Assembly (NCBI RefSeq): GCF_947568905.1 | Contig: NC_079170.1 | Span: 79,112,001 to 79,176,000 of the forward strand | DNA from: Ostrea edulis | Taxonomy: Eukaryota | DNA: 64,000 bases | Reading direction: 5' to 3' | Shown: one piece after another, positions 12,309-26,212 of the stretch | Numbering within the stretch: position 1 is the first letter of the stretch | How the letters are laid out: every line of letters begins with the position of its first letter | Notes under the pieces: model-generated | The model's input: the letters and a program-made list of their open reading frames with translations, nothing else | What the model was told of the DNA's origin: nothing | Database searches by the model: none | Translations under genes and position numbers: made by a program

Positions 12309-12546
12309 AAGAAATACGTGTTGCACGTCCAGTATGCAGACAAGTCATTTTACAAATAACTGTTATAAATGCTCTAAGAAAATCTATGTGACGTAACATT
12401 CAATATGTTGAATTTGAAATAATAGATTGTCATAACATGTTAAAATATATGTTTACGTCTAGGTGAAATCTTTATAATAACGTATCTATTAAAATTCCTA
12501 CTACAATACTGGGAAAAAAATGTTTGTGTCATTTTATCATAATATA

Positions 12547-12770
12547 CCGTATAGCGGTGTTTTTTTCACGGGTGATAAATGTAGCTTATTTTAGCGGTTA
12601 GATAGCTTTCTGCTAAAATTTCACTCGCCAAATTGCACCCAATTGCGACTTCAGTATTTGCAATAGAACTAACTCTTCCTTGCCCGCCAAAATTTATTCC
12701 ACTAAATTATTAGCATACATTTGAGCCAGCAAATCGCCAAATATTAGACCCGCGAAAAAAAAACTATACG
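12547..12770. mobile_element. Tc1/mariner-type MITE
   Basis: TIRs CCGTATAG..TTTTTTC(A)CGGG / CCCGCGAAAAAAAACTATACGG, flanked by TA on both sides. Confidence 0.65.
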
Positions 12771-13119
12771 GTACTAGTGCGTATTTTTTCTCGCAAGACC
12801 CTAATTGTGACGTCATGTCGTGAGGTGTTTATTTCTCTTGTTTCGTTTCATTTTATTGTTATTGTTATTACTACGTTATGTTATTATAATTACGAATATA
12901 TTATCTTGATCATTTTCCCTTATTGCTTTTATTCATTAGTGTAATTCATCATCAGGCAATCGTATCTAAGGATTATTCTCTCGTATAAATCAACGTAAAT
13001 CTTGCGAAAATAAAATGTTTCCTCTTTGGAATATCACCATGGTATGATATTAACATTTCTCTCATTATCACCAGTGTGAAATTGACTTTACCCAGGTGAG
13101 ACAGCCATGTGAGATTAAT

Positions 13120-13275
13120 AGAATCCTTCATTAGTACGAGTGTGGGATTGGGAAATTCCACCAAGGGGACAAGATTCACAGTATAGGACAAGGCTTTACC
13201 GATTCCTAGGCAGCGAATCTTGTTCCAGAGGTGGACGTTCCCTATCCCACACGAGTAAATAATGAAAGATTATTT
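13120..13275. repeat. Imperfect long inverted repeat (hairpin), probable non-autonomous TE
   Basis: TTCATTAGTACGAGTGTGGGATTGGGAAATTCCACC...ACAAGATTC pairs with GAATCTTGT...GGTGGACGTTCCCTATCCCACACGAGTAAATAATGAA. Confidence 0.55.
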
Positions 13276-13489
13276 TTCTCACATTTTACCTAAAGTTTAG
13301 TGCATAAATTTAGAAGACAATTAACTTGATGCTCCTGAAGTTCGTTTAAAGTCAGAATTTCGCAAATTCTATGGTCGATATAACAATTAAATTTACTGTA
13401 CAATTTAATACAGCCTGTTATTAAGTCGAAGGCGGTCTGACGTGCTTTATGCCAATTGTTACGCTGTTCTTCACAAACTAATTATGAAT

Positions 13490-13670
13490 ACGGATTGCTT
13501 CATTACCTAATTAAGATATTGGACTCAAGGGTGTGACCGGTCAATAGGGCATGCTTACTCATCCTAGGCACCCACTATAGTGTGTCTAGGGGTCTGTAGT
13601 TGCCCTATTCTTAATTTTGTATTCTTTATAGCAGTTATGAGATTGACTACTGTTCGTTATTTTCATTTTA
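13490..13670 (+). mobile_element. Diverged Penelope-like element 3' end fragment
   Basis: GGGTGTGACCGGTCAATAGGGCATGCTTACTCATCCTAGGCACC...AGTTATGAGATTGACTACTGTTCGTTAT. Confidence 0.65.
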
Positions 13671-14249
13671 AACCTCATCTTTATATGGTCTCCATGTAGG
13701 TAGCCGTTGTTAATATGAAATGTCATCACTGGTGAATGGCCCTGGGTACTTAACATGGGACGAACTCTGTCCCAAGTTCTAAGGCTAAAACGATTCACGG
13801 AAATATCGACACTGTTCAATATACATGTAACGCTTGATTCAATGTTCGATTCAATGTCTCGATCTTCGTTTCCATTCATTTTTTAAAATCGTCTTCGGTA
13901 AAATCCATCGGGCTTGACCTGTATTTATTATTTTTACATGTACGAGGGACAAATTGGCGTCCGACAATGGTCAGACCGTTGTTAGCCTCGAGTCTGACAA
14001 AAACAATAATGAACTTATTCAGTTTAAATTACAGAGCGGACGGGCATCTTACCGTTCGGCGATTTGGAAACAGTTTATTTTTGAAATTTTGACTGTGAAT
14101 CTTCGAAATTAATTTTTTCTTCTAATTTATTACTGGTTTCTTCTATAAAATGTATCGTAGTGAAAATAGTGAATCGTGATTTATGTATTGCAATATGTAT
14201 GGTATCGTTTCAGCCCTAGTCTCAATCCCCTATAATTCAAGCTGGTAAT

Positions 14250-14662
14250 CAGGGGTGGATCCAGGAATTGCGGTTACGGGGGGCGCTACTTTATGAGGCA
14301 GGGGGCGAAGCCCCCGAAAGCTCCTGCATTTTACAGATTTTATGGGGCTTGAAATATTTCTCCTATTTAGTCATTTGTACTATTTTCTATCATTTTGATA
14401 AGGTGAAATTAATAAAATGACCCAAATTTTAAGGGTTTTTTGGAAAAAATTAAGTTCTCCCAATAAAGTAATTCAAAAAATCAAAAGATTTCGTCATTTA
14501 TTTCTCCAGGAGTGGAAGAAATTATTGCTTCTTTTATCGTTTAGTACATGTTCCGAAACAAGATTCCGCGATTTACTTTAAATTTGAAGAAAGAAAAAAT
14601 TCGGGGGGGGGGGGGGAGGGGGGGGGGAGGCGGCGGATGCGCCCCCCTCTAATCCGCCACTG
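14250..14662. mobile_element. hAT-like MITE
   Basis: Termini CAGGGGTGGATCC / AATCCGCCACTG; flanking duplication GTAAT (extends to CTGGTAAT, 8 bp, if the terminal CTG is counted). Confidence 0.65.
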
Positions 14663-15269
14663 GTAATATATGAATTCTCCAGATCGTAAAATTCCAACCA
14701 ATCAATCACACATTCAACCAATCGGGCAACCAATTGTCAGTGGATGTTAAGTTGGAGATGCTTATGGCTTACATTCACTTAATCACTTTGCTATCGTGTA
14801 AGTGAGACAAACCATTTAGTTCTTACACGATCAATGTCATAATATGTCTATTGGTAAATATGGATTTTGTGATTGAGGAGGTTGAAAGAACTATCCTTGA
14901 TCCATAGCATGCAACTAATTTTCAGTTCTTTTGGTAAGAGTCTTGAGACATTTTATACTACTACCCGGTACAAAAAGTGTAGATAAGACCCGATTGCTAC
15001 CCCACGAAGGAAATAGAAACAGCATCTTCCAGAACTACTGTGAAAATGCTAGAAAAGCCAGGAAAATCGACTTGGCGTATTGTTTCAGTAAGGACCATTG
15101 TAATGTTCTTTTCTTTCAAGTGAACATTAAAGTTCCCGATTACGTCATTGATCGATATTTTTATAAGTTGACATAGCTTCATTGATCGATATATTATTTT
15201 TATAAGTTGATATAAAGACATACTACAATGACCGATATCTTTTATAAATTGATATAGTCATACTTCATT

Positions 15270-15795
15270 GAGCAGTGTCGATACGATATATCTCTGTGAA
15301 ATCGAAATAAAAGACTCAACAGAGTCTTTCACATCTGCCTGGAAGATATTTTATTAAAAAAATTAATACTAATAACAAACTAACAACTCAACTTTATGAC
15401 AAACTCGATGATTTCAGCTTTTCCGTCTTCAACTTCCAATATCTATGTAAAAAATATTCCATTGTGACCTACATATCGTGTTTATATTTCTCAACTGATG
15501 CGATACGCAAGAGCTTCATGATGAGTTTTTAAATTGAGGCAGGCTACTGATAAATGAGTTGATGTTACAAGGGTTTCAACAGTCCCGTTCAAAATTATTT
15601 CGCAAATTATCTGATCGTTATAATGATCTAGTTTGCCAATACAATCTATCTTTGGATCAACTGTTCTCTGACGGGTTTCATACCCGGAAGACGGGGGATG
15701 CTTACTCCTCCTATAAGCCTGATCCCACCTCTGGTATATACAGGGGTACGTGTTTCCCCAACTATATATTTTGTATTCCTTAAAGGAGTTCATTG
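15270..15795 (+). mobile_element. Degraded Penelope-like retroelement: RT C-terminal region plus 3' end
   Basis: Frameshifted translation EIKDSTES...NKLTTQLYDKLDDFSF...VYISQLMRYARA...LQGFQQSR...RYNDLVCQYNLSLDQL resembles the LYDKRDDF / VYISQLIRYARAC motifs of invertebrate Penelope-like RTs. Confidence 0.72.
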
Positions 15796-16133
15796 AATAA
15801 AAATAATATTCGCCTGTGTCAATGAAAAGTTACGCCAGAAGCATCGAAAAATACAAAAGACATTTTTTTTTACATATACATTTCTTGTAAATCAGCACGG
15901 GATAACTCTCTTGTCCTAAGATTGGCAGCCCATAGTTAGGCGTTTGGTGACCGATTTTTCAACACAAATTTATATTTCAACCCAATACTTACCTATTTTA
16001 TCTTCACACAAAGCTTTTAAGATAAGGAAAACGTCCGGACACCCTGAATAGACTATATAAGAGTTGTCTTGTCGTTGTAATCGTCAGAGACACGCGACTA
16101 TTTATATCATATTCATTGAATAATTCATAAAAG

Positions 16134-17525
16134 ATTGATAAAACTGGGAAAATAGACATGATCATCAGGGACACAAATGGACTTAACAGTGTGGGTAGGA
16201 TTTTTTTTATGATGGCAATAAACACATGGACAGAATACCTGGGAATGGCCATATAATATACCTTACTATTCGTGTTTTCTGTAAGGTCAGTTTTGTGAGA
16301 CATCATGTTCATTTACTCTGGTATATACTGCACTAGATAACTGCATTTCAATCATTGATATAAAGATTTTATACTGTTAAACGTTTACAACGTATATGAA
16401 AATCAAACGGTTTGTGTGATATGAAAATTAGAAGGGAGAAAACAGGAAAGTGTGTGTATTCATGTACCTGTGATTATTGATGTTAAAATAACTACACTCC
16501 CCATCCCACTCAAGTTCCCTTTACGAATGGTAATTGAAAATCCCATCCCCTTGTGATAGATGTTTGACATTAGTACGGTAAGTGACATGAGGTGGTGAAG
16601 ATGAAAATGAATAGTTTTTAAAAGTAGACTTTATATGATCGTGTTTTAAACATATTTTATGGATCACATCAAAAGGATTGGAAACAAGTTTTAACAACTT
16701 TCTAGTCCCTCTCCTAAAAGTATCACAATTTGTCATGTGAGGTAATAACTAACAGATAACAAGTACAAATGATTGAACAAATGATTGGAAGAAATACCGC
16801 AATCTAGGAAAAAATAGAATGTTGCATTCACTTTTGGTGAATATAACATTTGATTTCCCCAACATCGAGCCAAATATAGCTTGTGAATTTCATTTTGGTC
16901 ACTCAATGAATACTCGCGTCTTACTCACTTTGGACCACCAGTATATTGTACTATCATTGTATAGAATGATTGACTTCTATCACGAACTAGATCAACAATT
17001 GTTAAATTATTGTAATATCTAACCTGCTTGATAGATGACCCATCAGGTGCCGTTTGATAATTTTTGCATGTTTTCGACGTTTTAGAAAATTTAGTTACAT
17101 AATACACAAAACCACGTGTCTCTAGTAACTTTCGACGAGGTCTCTCATTCTAGCCGTATACAAAGATGGCCGACCAAGTATCGTTTCGAAGGCTCTAGAA
17201 ATTGTTTTAAGTTCTTCAAATTATAGGAATTTCTACATTTCAGATATATAAACCATCGTATTGACTGAGTACATGTCAATAATTGTATTTTGTTACATTA
17301 TGTTCCAGACTTTACTTTTTAATGACGTCATCAGTGAACCTGATGGGATTCACAGTATTAACTGCGTCTTCAAGCTGTCCAACACGTGTTTTGAGTTCTG
17401 AAAATGTTGCTGTTACAAACCGCTGACCCTCTGCTTTGGTTGCTGTATCGCTGTAGCATGGGTTGCGAGTTTGCTTACACCCATTGCTTTCTGGTACATC
17501 TGGTTGATTACCCCGTGTTTTACAC
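16134..17525 (+). pseudogene. Caveolin pseudogene psi-D (A/B/C subfamily); exon 1 relic ~16134..16194, exon 2 relic ~17309..17525
   Basis: Exon 1 relic reads (I)DKTGKIDMIIRDTNGLNSV|GTAGGA, with ATT at the start-codon position and 5 nt missing versus gene B. Exon 2 relic after TTCCAG| reads TLLFNDVISEPDGIHSINCVFKLSNTCFEF*, with TGA at 17399-17401 replacing the W codon. A -1 frameshift follows near 17460 and homology is lost after ...LITPCF. Confidence 0.88.
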
Positions 17526-19535
17526 ACAGGCACCTGAGGTGTGGATAGCTTGTATATATCTTATGTACACCCCCTTTCTAGAATGAAATTATTTTTTATA
17601 CAGAATCAATAATTCATCCAAAATACGTTATTTCCCCCCACCGATCACCCTCATAGGTCGTTCAGAATAGTCAGTTTCTACCTTCTGTAAACTTTTGAGA
17701 TGACCACTTGTGAGATACTAATTATATATATTTATATTAATTCTATAAGTCGATACAATCCATGTAATTGAGATTAGATTTCAATATGATTTAAAATGTC
17801 TGTAAAGTATCAATTTTGTGTAATTCAACCAAGCCAAAGATATATTCCAATTCTCTGTTCTGACATAATTCTTTTCTCAGTTTATGGTCATGGAGTCTGT
17901 GTTAATGTAAACCTCTGTTGATGTATATATGTTTTGATGTATATCTTGGAATCAACATGTACACATGATGTTAGTTTCATGAGAAATGAAAGCGGGCGAA
18001 TAGAAATGGCAAATAAGGATGATAAGAGATTCAACACCCTCTTTCCCTCAAAATAAATTCATATATAGATATACAATGCTTTGCTCGTCATAGACGAGCA
18101 AGGGATATTAGTTTTAATTCGAAATTTATGAATAAATGTAATTGTATGTTAATATTTCCTCTTTTTTACAATTGATATTGGAGATTCCGAGATAAAAAAT
18201 GATATTTGAATCTGTTGTAGATGGCATTGACCGTGACGCGAATGAAGTCGATCATGGGTCCTCCATGGATAGCTTGTAATTTATCCAGTATCTACCAAAC
18301 ATACTCAGCGGTCAATCGAGACACGGGGTAAAGTAGATTTAAAATTAAATTCGTGTAAGTCTGTTTTTGCATTCACTTAGCAATTCGTCCATTTTCCGTC
18401 AAACAAAGGTATGCGGGATGGTCGATTTAAGTCGAAGGTTGACCATTAGCTCTTCTGTCAATATTGACCATTTCTTTGTAAATGTCTTGAATGCTGTATG
18501 GATACTCAAAATATTTACTACCATTTACATATCTACGGCACATTACCAGTCCCAGGAACTGTCCGAGTTTGGTCATGTTACATGCGATATTTTTAGTATG
18601 AATTATTAATACCCCCGCACAGAAATCTACAGAAAGTTTCTTAAAAGAGAGAATGTAACCATGTGGTTTTACAAACACTAAATATCATTTTTATTGGAAA
18701 TTCATAAAATAAAAATATCGTGTAATGATCAGAAATTTACACTTAAGATACATTTGACGTTTTAAACATTGTATCCATGTTTCAAAGTTTGATGGAAATT
18801 TAGAAAATAACCACCCGTATTTATGTCCAGTCTCCAGGGAAAGCCGAAATCATATTTGGTGAGAGAAGATTCTGAATTAACATTCCAAACTGAAAGTTTA
18901 GTCTTGTAAAAATATATTCTTAAAACACAGAAAATTATATTCCTTGAACAGTATTGATTTTATTTACACGTAATTCTAAGCCTGTGGTTTGTTTTCGAAT
19001 AGTTTTTATTTCTGTTCTTTTTTCTTATTTTCACTGTACGCATATAAATAGTTTTTTCTGATCTATATCCAGTTTACCCAATGTTTTAAACTGTCCTCTT
19101 TTAAAAACTGACATTCATATAATGTATAAAATGCTTTAATTTCCGTCTTTTGCCGAAAAGTGTGAAAACATTCTAGTTGTGAATCCTGCGAGATTCACAA
19201 TTGAGGTGTTTGTTCGCCTTCCCTAGTTCTATTAAATATTGATTGATCAGGACTACTGAAGCCATAGAGGTTAATTGCAGGTACGGGTTTGTTTAATAAA
19301 CCAATAATACATTACTTACTGGGAAATCCTACAGAGACTGGCCATTTTCACGTGGGGTGTCAGTAGCCTAGCAACGGACGCTGTCCACCACAACAAACAC
19401 TGTTCAACATTTGTCGATTTAAGTAAACCATTACCAGTTAAGTTGAGGGTCAGTTCTTTTGTATAGCAAAATAATGGGATTTAAAGAAGGCAGGTACTTG
19501 AAATGAAGTTTAAGTAGAAGGTTATATTTATATAT

Positions 19536-19540
<5 letters not shown>

Positions 19541-19590
<50 letters not shown>

Positions 19591-21345
19591 CTGATAAAAC
19601 TTGAAAAGTGAGGACTGTTTTTAACCATTTGACGAATGTGGTGAGGGCAGAAGTGCGCTATGAGGACAAAAATCATGCCCTTACAGCTATGTCTCCATAA
19701 ACAATGACAATGACAATATCTTTATTCTCTTAAACTGATTTACAGTGTAGAGAAATAAACAAAGTGAACGTAATCTAGATATACATGCAAGTCGTGGGTA
19801 ATGGTACATTTTGAAAGAGAGAGAGAAAAAAAAACTAGAATACAATGTTGTTAGTGCGTGGATTGATTAACCTGGAGAACATACTCTCTCAGAAATGATT
19901 TTGATAAATTTACTTAAATTGATTAATTTACTTCTGTTTTGTGTATTTAAAAGTTGTTCAAATTTAAAGATATTCGGGTTTTTATAGTAATAGCTTGCTA
20001 TGAGCATTGCCCTTGATTGTTTTTATAAAATTACCATTACAATTGAACAGATAATGAAATTCATCCCCTATCTCTTTCATATTACATAACTGACATAGTC
20101 TATTTTCTCTGGGTTGACCACACCATCTACCTGTTTCTATAGGTAGTTTAGTATTACATGTTCTAAATTTACAAAATGTTTTCGATAGATTTGTTGAAAG
20201 AGAAGTAGTAAATAGTTTTCAAAACTTAATGAATTTTTGTATATTCTATAGTTACGGCCTTTAGAAGAATTATACATTTCATTATATGCCAGGATTGCTT
20301 GAATTGGTCATACAATGCATGAAACACTTTTTTTCTTAAGCCAGAGAGCATTGGGTATTTGCTGTTGTTGCCATATATATGACAGTCCACAATCGTTTAG
20401 AATTTTTTAAATATAATTATACCAGGGGTTGTTAAACTTTTTAATAAAATAGTAGAGTTTTGATGATAATTTTGAGTATTGTGATATAATTAATTTTTCC
20501 CAAAAATTTATCATTCGTACTTTTGTAGTAATAGACATCGGATATCTTCCTAATTCTCCATAGACCATGAAGTTTGGAGTGCTTTGTTTTAGATTAAGTG
20601 TGTGTTTACAATATTTCAATTGAAGTTTTTCTAATAAAGGTGATTGAGTAAAGCCCCATGTTTCACAACCATATAAGAGTATACAGGAAACATTTAGATA
20701 CAAGATATTAGATTAGTGGGGGACAAGTGGTGTGGGGACATGTTCTTACTGATGTTCTCTCTCAAAGCCATTTTTTCACAATTCCAAAGAGAGCTTGGAT
20801 AAACTTTTATGGATGTCGGCCTATAGCTACACGTATACCTAACATAGTGATGTGTTACCTTTACAACATGTATGTATTCTTTTCTACGCATTGTGAAGAC
20901 GTGCTCGCTTAACAGGTTTTAGCAGAGAGAGAGAGGGGGGGGAGGGGGGGGGGGGCAGTAAAACGTGTAAAGTGAGGACAAATTTCAACCAATGGACAGA
21001 CGTTGTGAGAACAGAATTGCACTATGAGGACAAATAAATGTCCTCACAATTACGTCCTCATAAATGTGACCTACAGCATGTGAAAGATGCAGATACAAAA
21101 TATTAGCTTAGTGAGGACAAGTGGTGTGAGGACATGTCCTTACTAATATTCTCCCTCAAAAACCTTTTTTCCATAATTCAAAAGAGAGTATTAGATAAAC
21201 TTTTATAGATATCCCTATAGCTATACCTAACATAGTACTTTTTTGCCTTTAGAATAATATATGTGTGTATTCTCTTCTACACATTATGAGGACGTCCTCA
21301 TTTAGTAGGTTTGGTCGGCTAGAGAGAGAGAGAGAGGGGGGGGGG
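19541..21345. repeat. ~400-bp tandem repeat ((GA)n-Gn head plus GAGGAC-rich body), first copy interrupted by a LINE fragment
   Basis: 19545-19700 aligns to 20925-21065; 20695-20925 aligns to 21090-21330. Confidence 0.7.
19700..20690 (-). mobile_element. 5'-truncated, degraded non-LTR retrotransposon (L2/CR1/RTE-X-like) 3' fragment
   Basis: ILLYGCETWGF...QLKYCK...VYGELGRYP...RMINFW, then KLPIETGRW downstream; 3' tail AATAAAGATATTGTCATTGTCATTG on - at ~19700-19725. Confidence 0.8.
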
Positions 21346-23099
21346 TATATGAGTGAGTTGTACGAGAAACATTTGAATGTTCACGCTGTGTTATAACACT
21401 TACAGTTTAGGAAAATATAGAGAGAAAAAGTAAACATCCCAACTCATAAGTGGAACTGAATATATCGCACAAATTTGTTTTAAATGAAAGTAATCATAGA
21501 GAAGTCCAAATAAATACGACGTTTTATAAAGTGCCGGAATTATGGGGGTGGGGTGGGGGTGGGGGCGGAAAAGGGCATATGCCCATTATATAAAGCAGGA
21601 GAGGAAAGGGGGAGAAAAAGAAAAACAAACCTATTCGAACAACACGTATAGATCAGCTACACAAGAGCGATAATTCAAAAATCACCAGTATGAAAATTCG
21701 GAAACACGACTGCAGTTATCTTTCTTTCTGTTAATGTACTTTGGTTCTTCACCCAGATTAATTGTTCTTTCTGTAAGTTCATGTGTTTAATGATCAATCA
21801 CATATTGGAAATCCTCGTCTTTAACTTTAACTCAATCTTTGATCCTTTTGATGTTGCCTACTGAGAACGATGTTCAGTGTAGTCTATAATCCAAATAGAA
21901 AGAGTTGATATCACAGTCAAAATTATTAAATAAAAAAGCAGGAAAATATTCAGTTCCAAAATGTATTCAAACCACAGTGGTTTGAATATATTTTGAAATA
22001 TATATATATATATATTCTTTAAACAGCGATGGATATCATTTGTTTGGTTATATCCATAATGGAGAGGACGGTAAAGCCCAAGAAGTAAATCAATGTTTGC
22101 TGTTAAAAAAATACCACGGCATGACAAAAACGCTGAGGGGGCGGGGGTCCGAATTCCTGTCTCCTCCGATCGGACCATCCTTTAGAAATACGTTTAACTT
22201 TCTAATTTGTTCACAATCCCGAACATTTATTATACAATAATGGTATGATTTGAAAACTCAAGACAAAACAAAGTTAGATGGAAGACAAAATTACGTGAAA
22301 GAATCTGGAACAATAAAATAATGGAATGATTTAAAAATGCAAGGTCGATATTCAAGGTCGCAACGAAATAAAATTAGTTGTATGCTGAATTACTGTTCTA
22401 GAAAACAAAATTACATCGAAAACTCCGGAAATATGCATTAAAGGTACACTGATGGTCGACACCCAAGGCCGAAATGAAGAATAGTATTCACACGCAGACA
22501 TATGTGTCTAATTCTACCACCTGACTATAGTATTAGTGTTTCAAATCTTAATTTATAGTATCCATAGTTCTGAAATTATGAAAATAAAAAAAATCTACAT
22601 TCTTAGTAATGCACATGCAACGTAAAATCTGCATAAATACATGGCTGTATATAAATGTCCCAGTTGAAGGTTTATGTTCAATTCAACCCCAACCCCACAT
22701 ATGCACTTATTTTTAATTACAATGAACTTCGATCTTTGTTTCTATGCGGTGACAAAGCTGGACATTATTCTTCCAGTTTACCTTGTGTATTTATCTCTAT
22801 TGTTCCCATGACGGAGGAAAATCCTTGCAATTAACATGGAACTAACAAGAAATACACGGAGGGATTAACTGAAGTACACAGGCATGCTAGTTTGTCAAAC
22901 GTAACAACACACGGAATATACTTTGTTTTCTGTATCTCATTTCATATCTGTTTTGTTTAACTGAAAAAATTCTTATAACAATATGATGTATATAAAGTGC
23001 TTACTATTCTTCTCTCACTTACATTTTCAAGTTTTTTGTGTGCTTTTTAAATTCGCGATTGAATTATTTATTGCATATTAAATTATTACTTTAAAAACC

Positions 23100-23280
23100 T
23101 CCGAATTTTTGTTAAGTTTCAGCATTGCGGAAACCATTAGGAATCGAAGCCTACAGTTTCCGCAGACTGAAACTTGACGGAAACTATATAATCGTTTACG
23201 CACGGCGTAAACCATACGGGAAACCTCAACTTCAGGTTTCCGCAGACTGAAACTTGACGGAAACTTGCGGAAACTATATA
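23100..23280. repeat. CGGAAAC/GTTTCCG-rich ~100-bp tandem repeat, left part (host of the EnSpm insertion; continues at 26910-27015)
   Basis: Unit GGAAACTATATAATCGTTTACGCAC...GGAAACCTCAAC.TCAGGTTTCCGCAG occurs intact at 23179-23245 and split across the insertion. Confidence 0.65.
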
Positions 23281-25371
23281 CCCAGATAGCAAGACTACAT
23301 TGGGCCAACGTTGGTTGCAGGTTGTATGGTTGGTCGAGTGCTGGCGTTGGACAATGAATGTTGGCCCAACGTTGGCCCAACAAGTGATATGTTGGTATGA
23401 CAGCTAGAATGTCGGCGTTGGGTTTACAACGTTGGCCCAATGTTGGTACATTGTAGTAAATGTTGGCATAAAACGTGACCAATGCATTGTTGGGGATGTA
23501 ATGTTGGCCCGACGTTGGTCCAATGAATGATATGTTGGCATGAAAAATGGACGCTTAGTGTTGGGGGTGCAAAGTTGGCCCGACGTTGGACCAACGAATG
23601 ATACGTTGGTAAGAAAGTTAGTCCGTCAGTGTTGGGAGTGTGATGTGGGCCCGACGTTGGTCCACTGTAGTAAATGTTGGCATCAAACAAAGCCACTATG
23701 TGTTGTGTGTGTAATGTCGGCCCAATGTTGATCCAACCAAGTTATGTTAACAAAAAATAAAAAAATAAAATAAAAACACAAAAAACCACAACATATATTA
23801 ATTGCTAATTAAAGCTAGGGCATGTACGTGATGTTTGCAGGTAGGACCGTCGTACACTCGGTGTTGGTTTTGCAAACTAAGAAGTTGGCTCAGCATTGCT
23901 ATATCGTATACATTAATTAATCGAAACGAAAATCGTTGGTAAAACATAAATGGTCACTAAGCATGCTTAAATTAATTGGAGGAAGGGGGGGGGGGTCACA
24001 CAAATAATTTGCAGTTACTGTATTAGTAAACATTTGGTGTTTATTGCCATTCAAAACTATATATATTGGAGCTTCTGAAATTTAATTTTCATATGTTTTA
24101 ATTTTTGCTTTCATATGTTCATATCATGGGGAAAAAATGAGGGTGGGGGGGGGGGGGGGGGCGGGTGGGGGCTTAATCAAAACATTTCCATTAAGACAGC
24201 TACCCTAACTTTCTAGGTGTTGTGCAAATTTCATAGGGGGAGGGGGTAATTGATAATTAAAATCTAAACATAAATGAAATGGACTGAATACTGTTTTGTA
24301 AATAAAATAATTAGATTAGGGGTTTTTCTCAATTACTCATTTAAAATAATGTTTTAAATATCCAAATGAAACTTTATACCATAACCCACTATTGATTAAG
24401 CAACAATTTGATTCATACTAAAATAAGTGGAGTACGGCGTGGGGTGAAAATATATTACAAATTTCTCTTCAGCAACTGACTATAATGTGTCTTAGTTTCG
24501 TATTTACACCCATGTACATACTATAGGCATCATGGTGAGACCTACATGTTGCACATCATTTTTTTCAACGAGCACTCAGCTACACTTGACATGTATCTTA
24601 AAATTATTCTATACATTTTTACTCTCAAATCTCACTTCTATGGGGGGTATCTCCATTTTTTAAGAAAGTTTCATACGAAACTGTCCCCTGCTACCTTTAC
24701 AAAACTTTCGTTTGAATGGTAGCCTACGTCGCAGTGAACACAAGAAAGAGAACGGATTATTTTAGCCATTGTTCTTAGAAATGTAAGTACATTTGCTTAG
24801 TTGTTTGTTTGATTTAATTTTTTAAAAGTTTTACTGAAAAGCTAGTGTAACACGTACTATAGCTAAAGCTAAAAATCACTGCTAGATCTATATATGATTA
24901 GAAATCTTCGTGATTTTTTTTAACAGCGTGCATATAAAAGTTGAAACATTTACCATTCTCCGAATAATGTGACAAAATGATTGTTTTACTATTTGTTTCG
25001 TTTGTTTGATGTCATGCCAGTATTGGATCGAATCAACGTATTTATACAGATACAAAATACAGATTTGAGTCAATTAAAAAAAAGTGCGTATTTCATCTCG
25101 GAAGGCACTTATATTAGTCACGTGACCTAGTCATGTGATCTGTGTTATTAATAGGAGACCACTTGATTGATCAATGTTTGTTACTTTGTAGGTACATTTG
25201 TATGTGTGATGAACCATTGCATATGTATTTTTACTATTTCACTTGCTTTTCGTTGATAAATTCACAAATTCAGTACTCATTATCTGATTAAGTTGCCTTG
25301 CTTTTTGCTTTTGGACAGTAGGGTATGATTTAGATATTTTTATTTAGCCCCCCCCCCCCCCCTCCTTCAAC

Positions 25372-25915
25372 ATGGCAGAGGGTGGTTCGGTCCCTTCATA
25401 CTGGACAGTAAGAAGATTAGATAAGATGGGTGTTGATATGCATTTGCAAGAATTAGACGATAGAGGTACTAAGTCTCCTTGTAGAGATACAAATTTGCAA
25501 AATGCAAATTTTAGTAACCAAACCATGCAGAGGGAATCAGATGACAGTGATGATGGTGATGATGAATTAATCAGACAACCTACTGAACATGTAGAACATT
25601 TCGTAGATTCTGATAAATCAGATGACGGGAATAATTTGGTCGAGCTTGAAAACAGTGTAAATTTAGTTTTAAGTGATACCGACACCAATTCTAGTTCAGA
25701 TGATGAACTCAGTAATGTATTGGACAAATTAAAAGATTGGACAATAGCAAATCATGTAACCGACTCATCAACTTCCAAGTTATTAAAAATTTTAAAGCCT
25801 CTGATTCCAAGTCTTCCCAAAGATCCACGTACCTTGAAAAAAAAACAAAAAAAAAAAAAAAACCCAATACACAATTGTTGAAAAATGTGGCGGTGAATAT
25901 GATAATTTAGAAATT
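25372..25915 (+). pseudogene. N-terminal fragment of EnSpm transposase
   Basis: Acidic linker, then LKDWTIANHVT..STSKLLKILKP..PSLPKDPRTL; after an A-run frameshift it continues TQYTIVEKCGGEY. These resemble N-terminal motifs of animal EnSpm transposases; no catalytic core follows. Confidence 0.7.
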
Positions 25916-26024
25916 ATTATGTTAATTTATTTATGAAACTTTGAGCAATTGCATATTCATGCATCATTTGTTAATTAAATCTCACTTTTAAATAATGTGA
26001 TTTTTAAAAAAAAATTTATAGCCA

Positions 26025-26212
26025 CTGTCAGAAAAAATCCATTATGCTGCAATGCTACAGATGTGGAAATTTCAGCGATAGCTAGGGACTGGTTTCGCTA
26101 TGCGGGTGATAGGGATGGTGGAAGGAAACTGAGAGAGGAGAGGAAACAACAACAGCAAAAAGAAAAACAGCCAGAAAACACACAGGGACCGGAAGGGGAT
26201 ACAGATGATTAA
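26025..26212 (+). pseudogene. C-terminal fragment of the second EnSpm-associated ORF (DUF4806/BEN-like)
   Basis: ...DVEISAIARDWFRYAGDRDGGRKLREERK resembles the W(L/F)xxAxDRxGGR C-terminus of DUF4806-type proteins; family call from memory. Confidence 0.55.

Noticed and set aside
14931-15221. Short ORFs with protein-like composition
   Set aside because: No motif recognised; adjacent to TE debris and low-complexity duplications.
25372-26212. Host protein-coding gene (MAEGG...)
   Set aside because: Lies inside TIR/TSD-bounded DNA, carries EnSpm-like motifs and is frameshifted and deleted.
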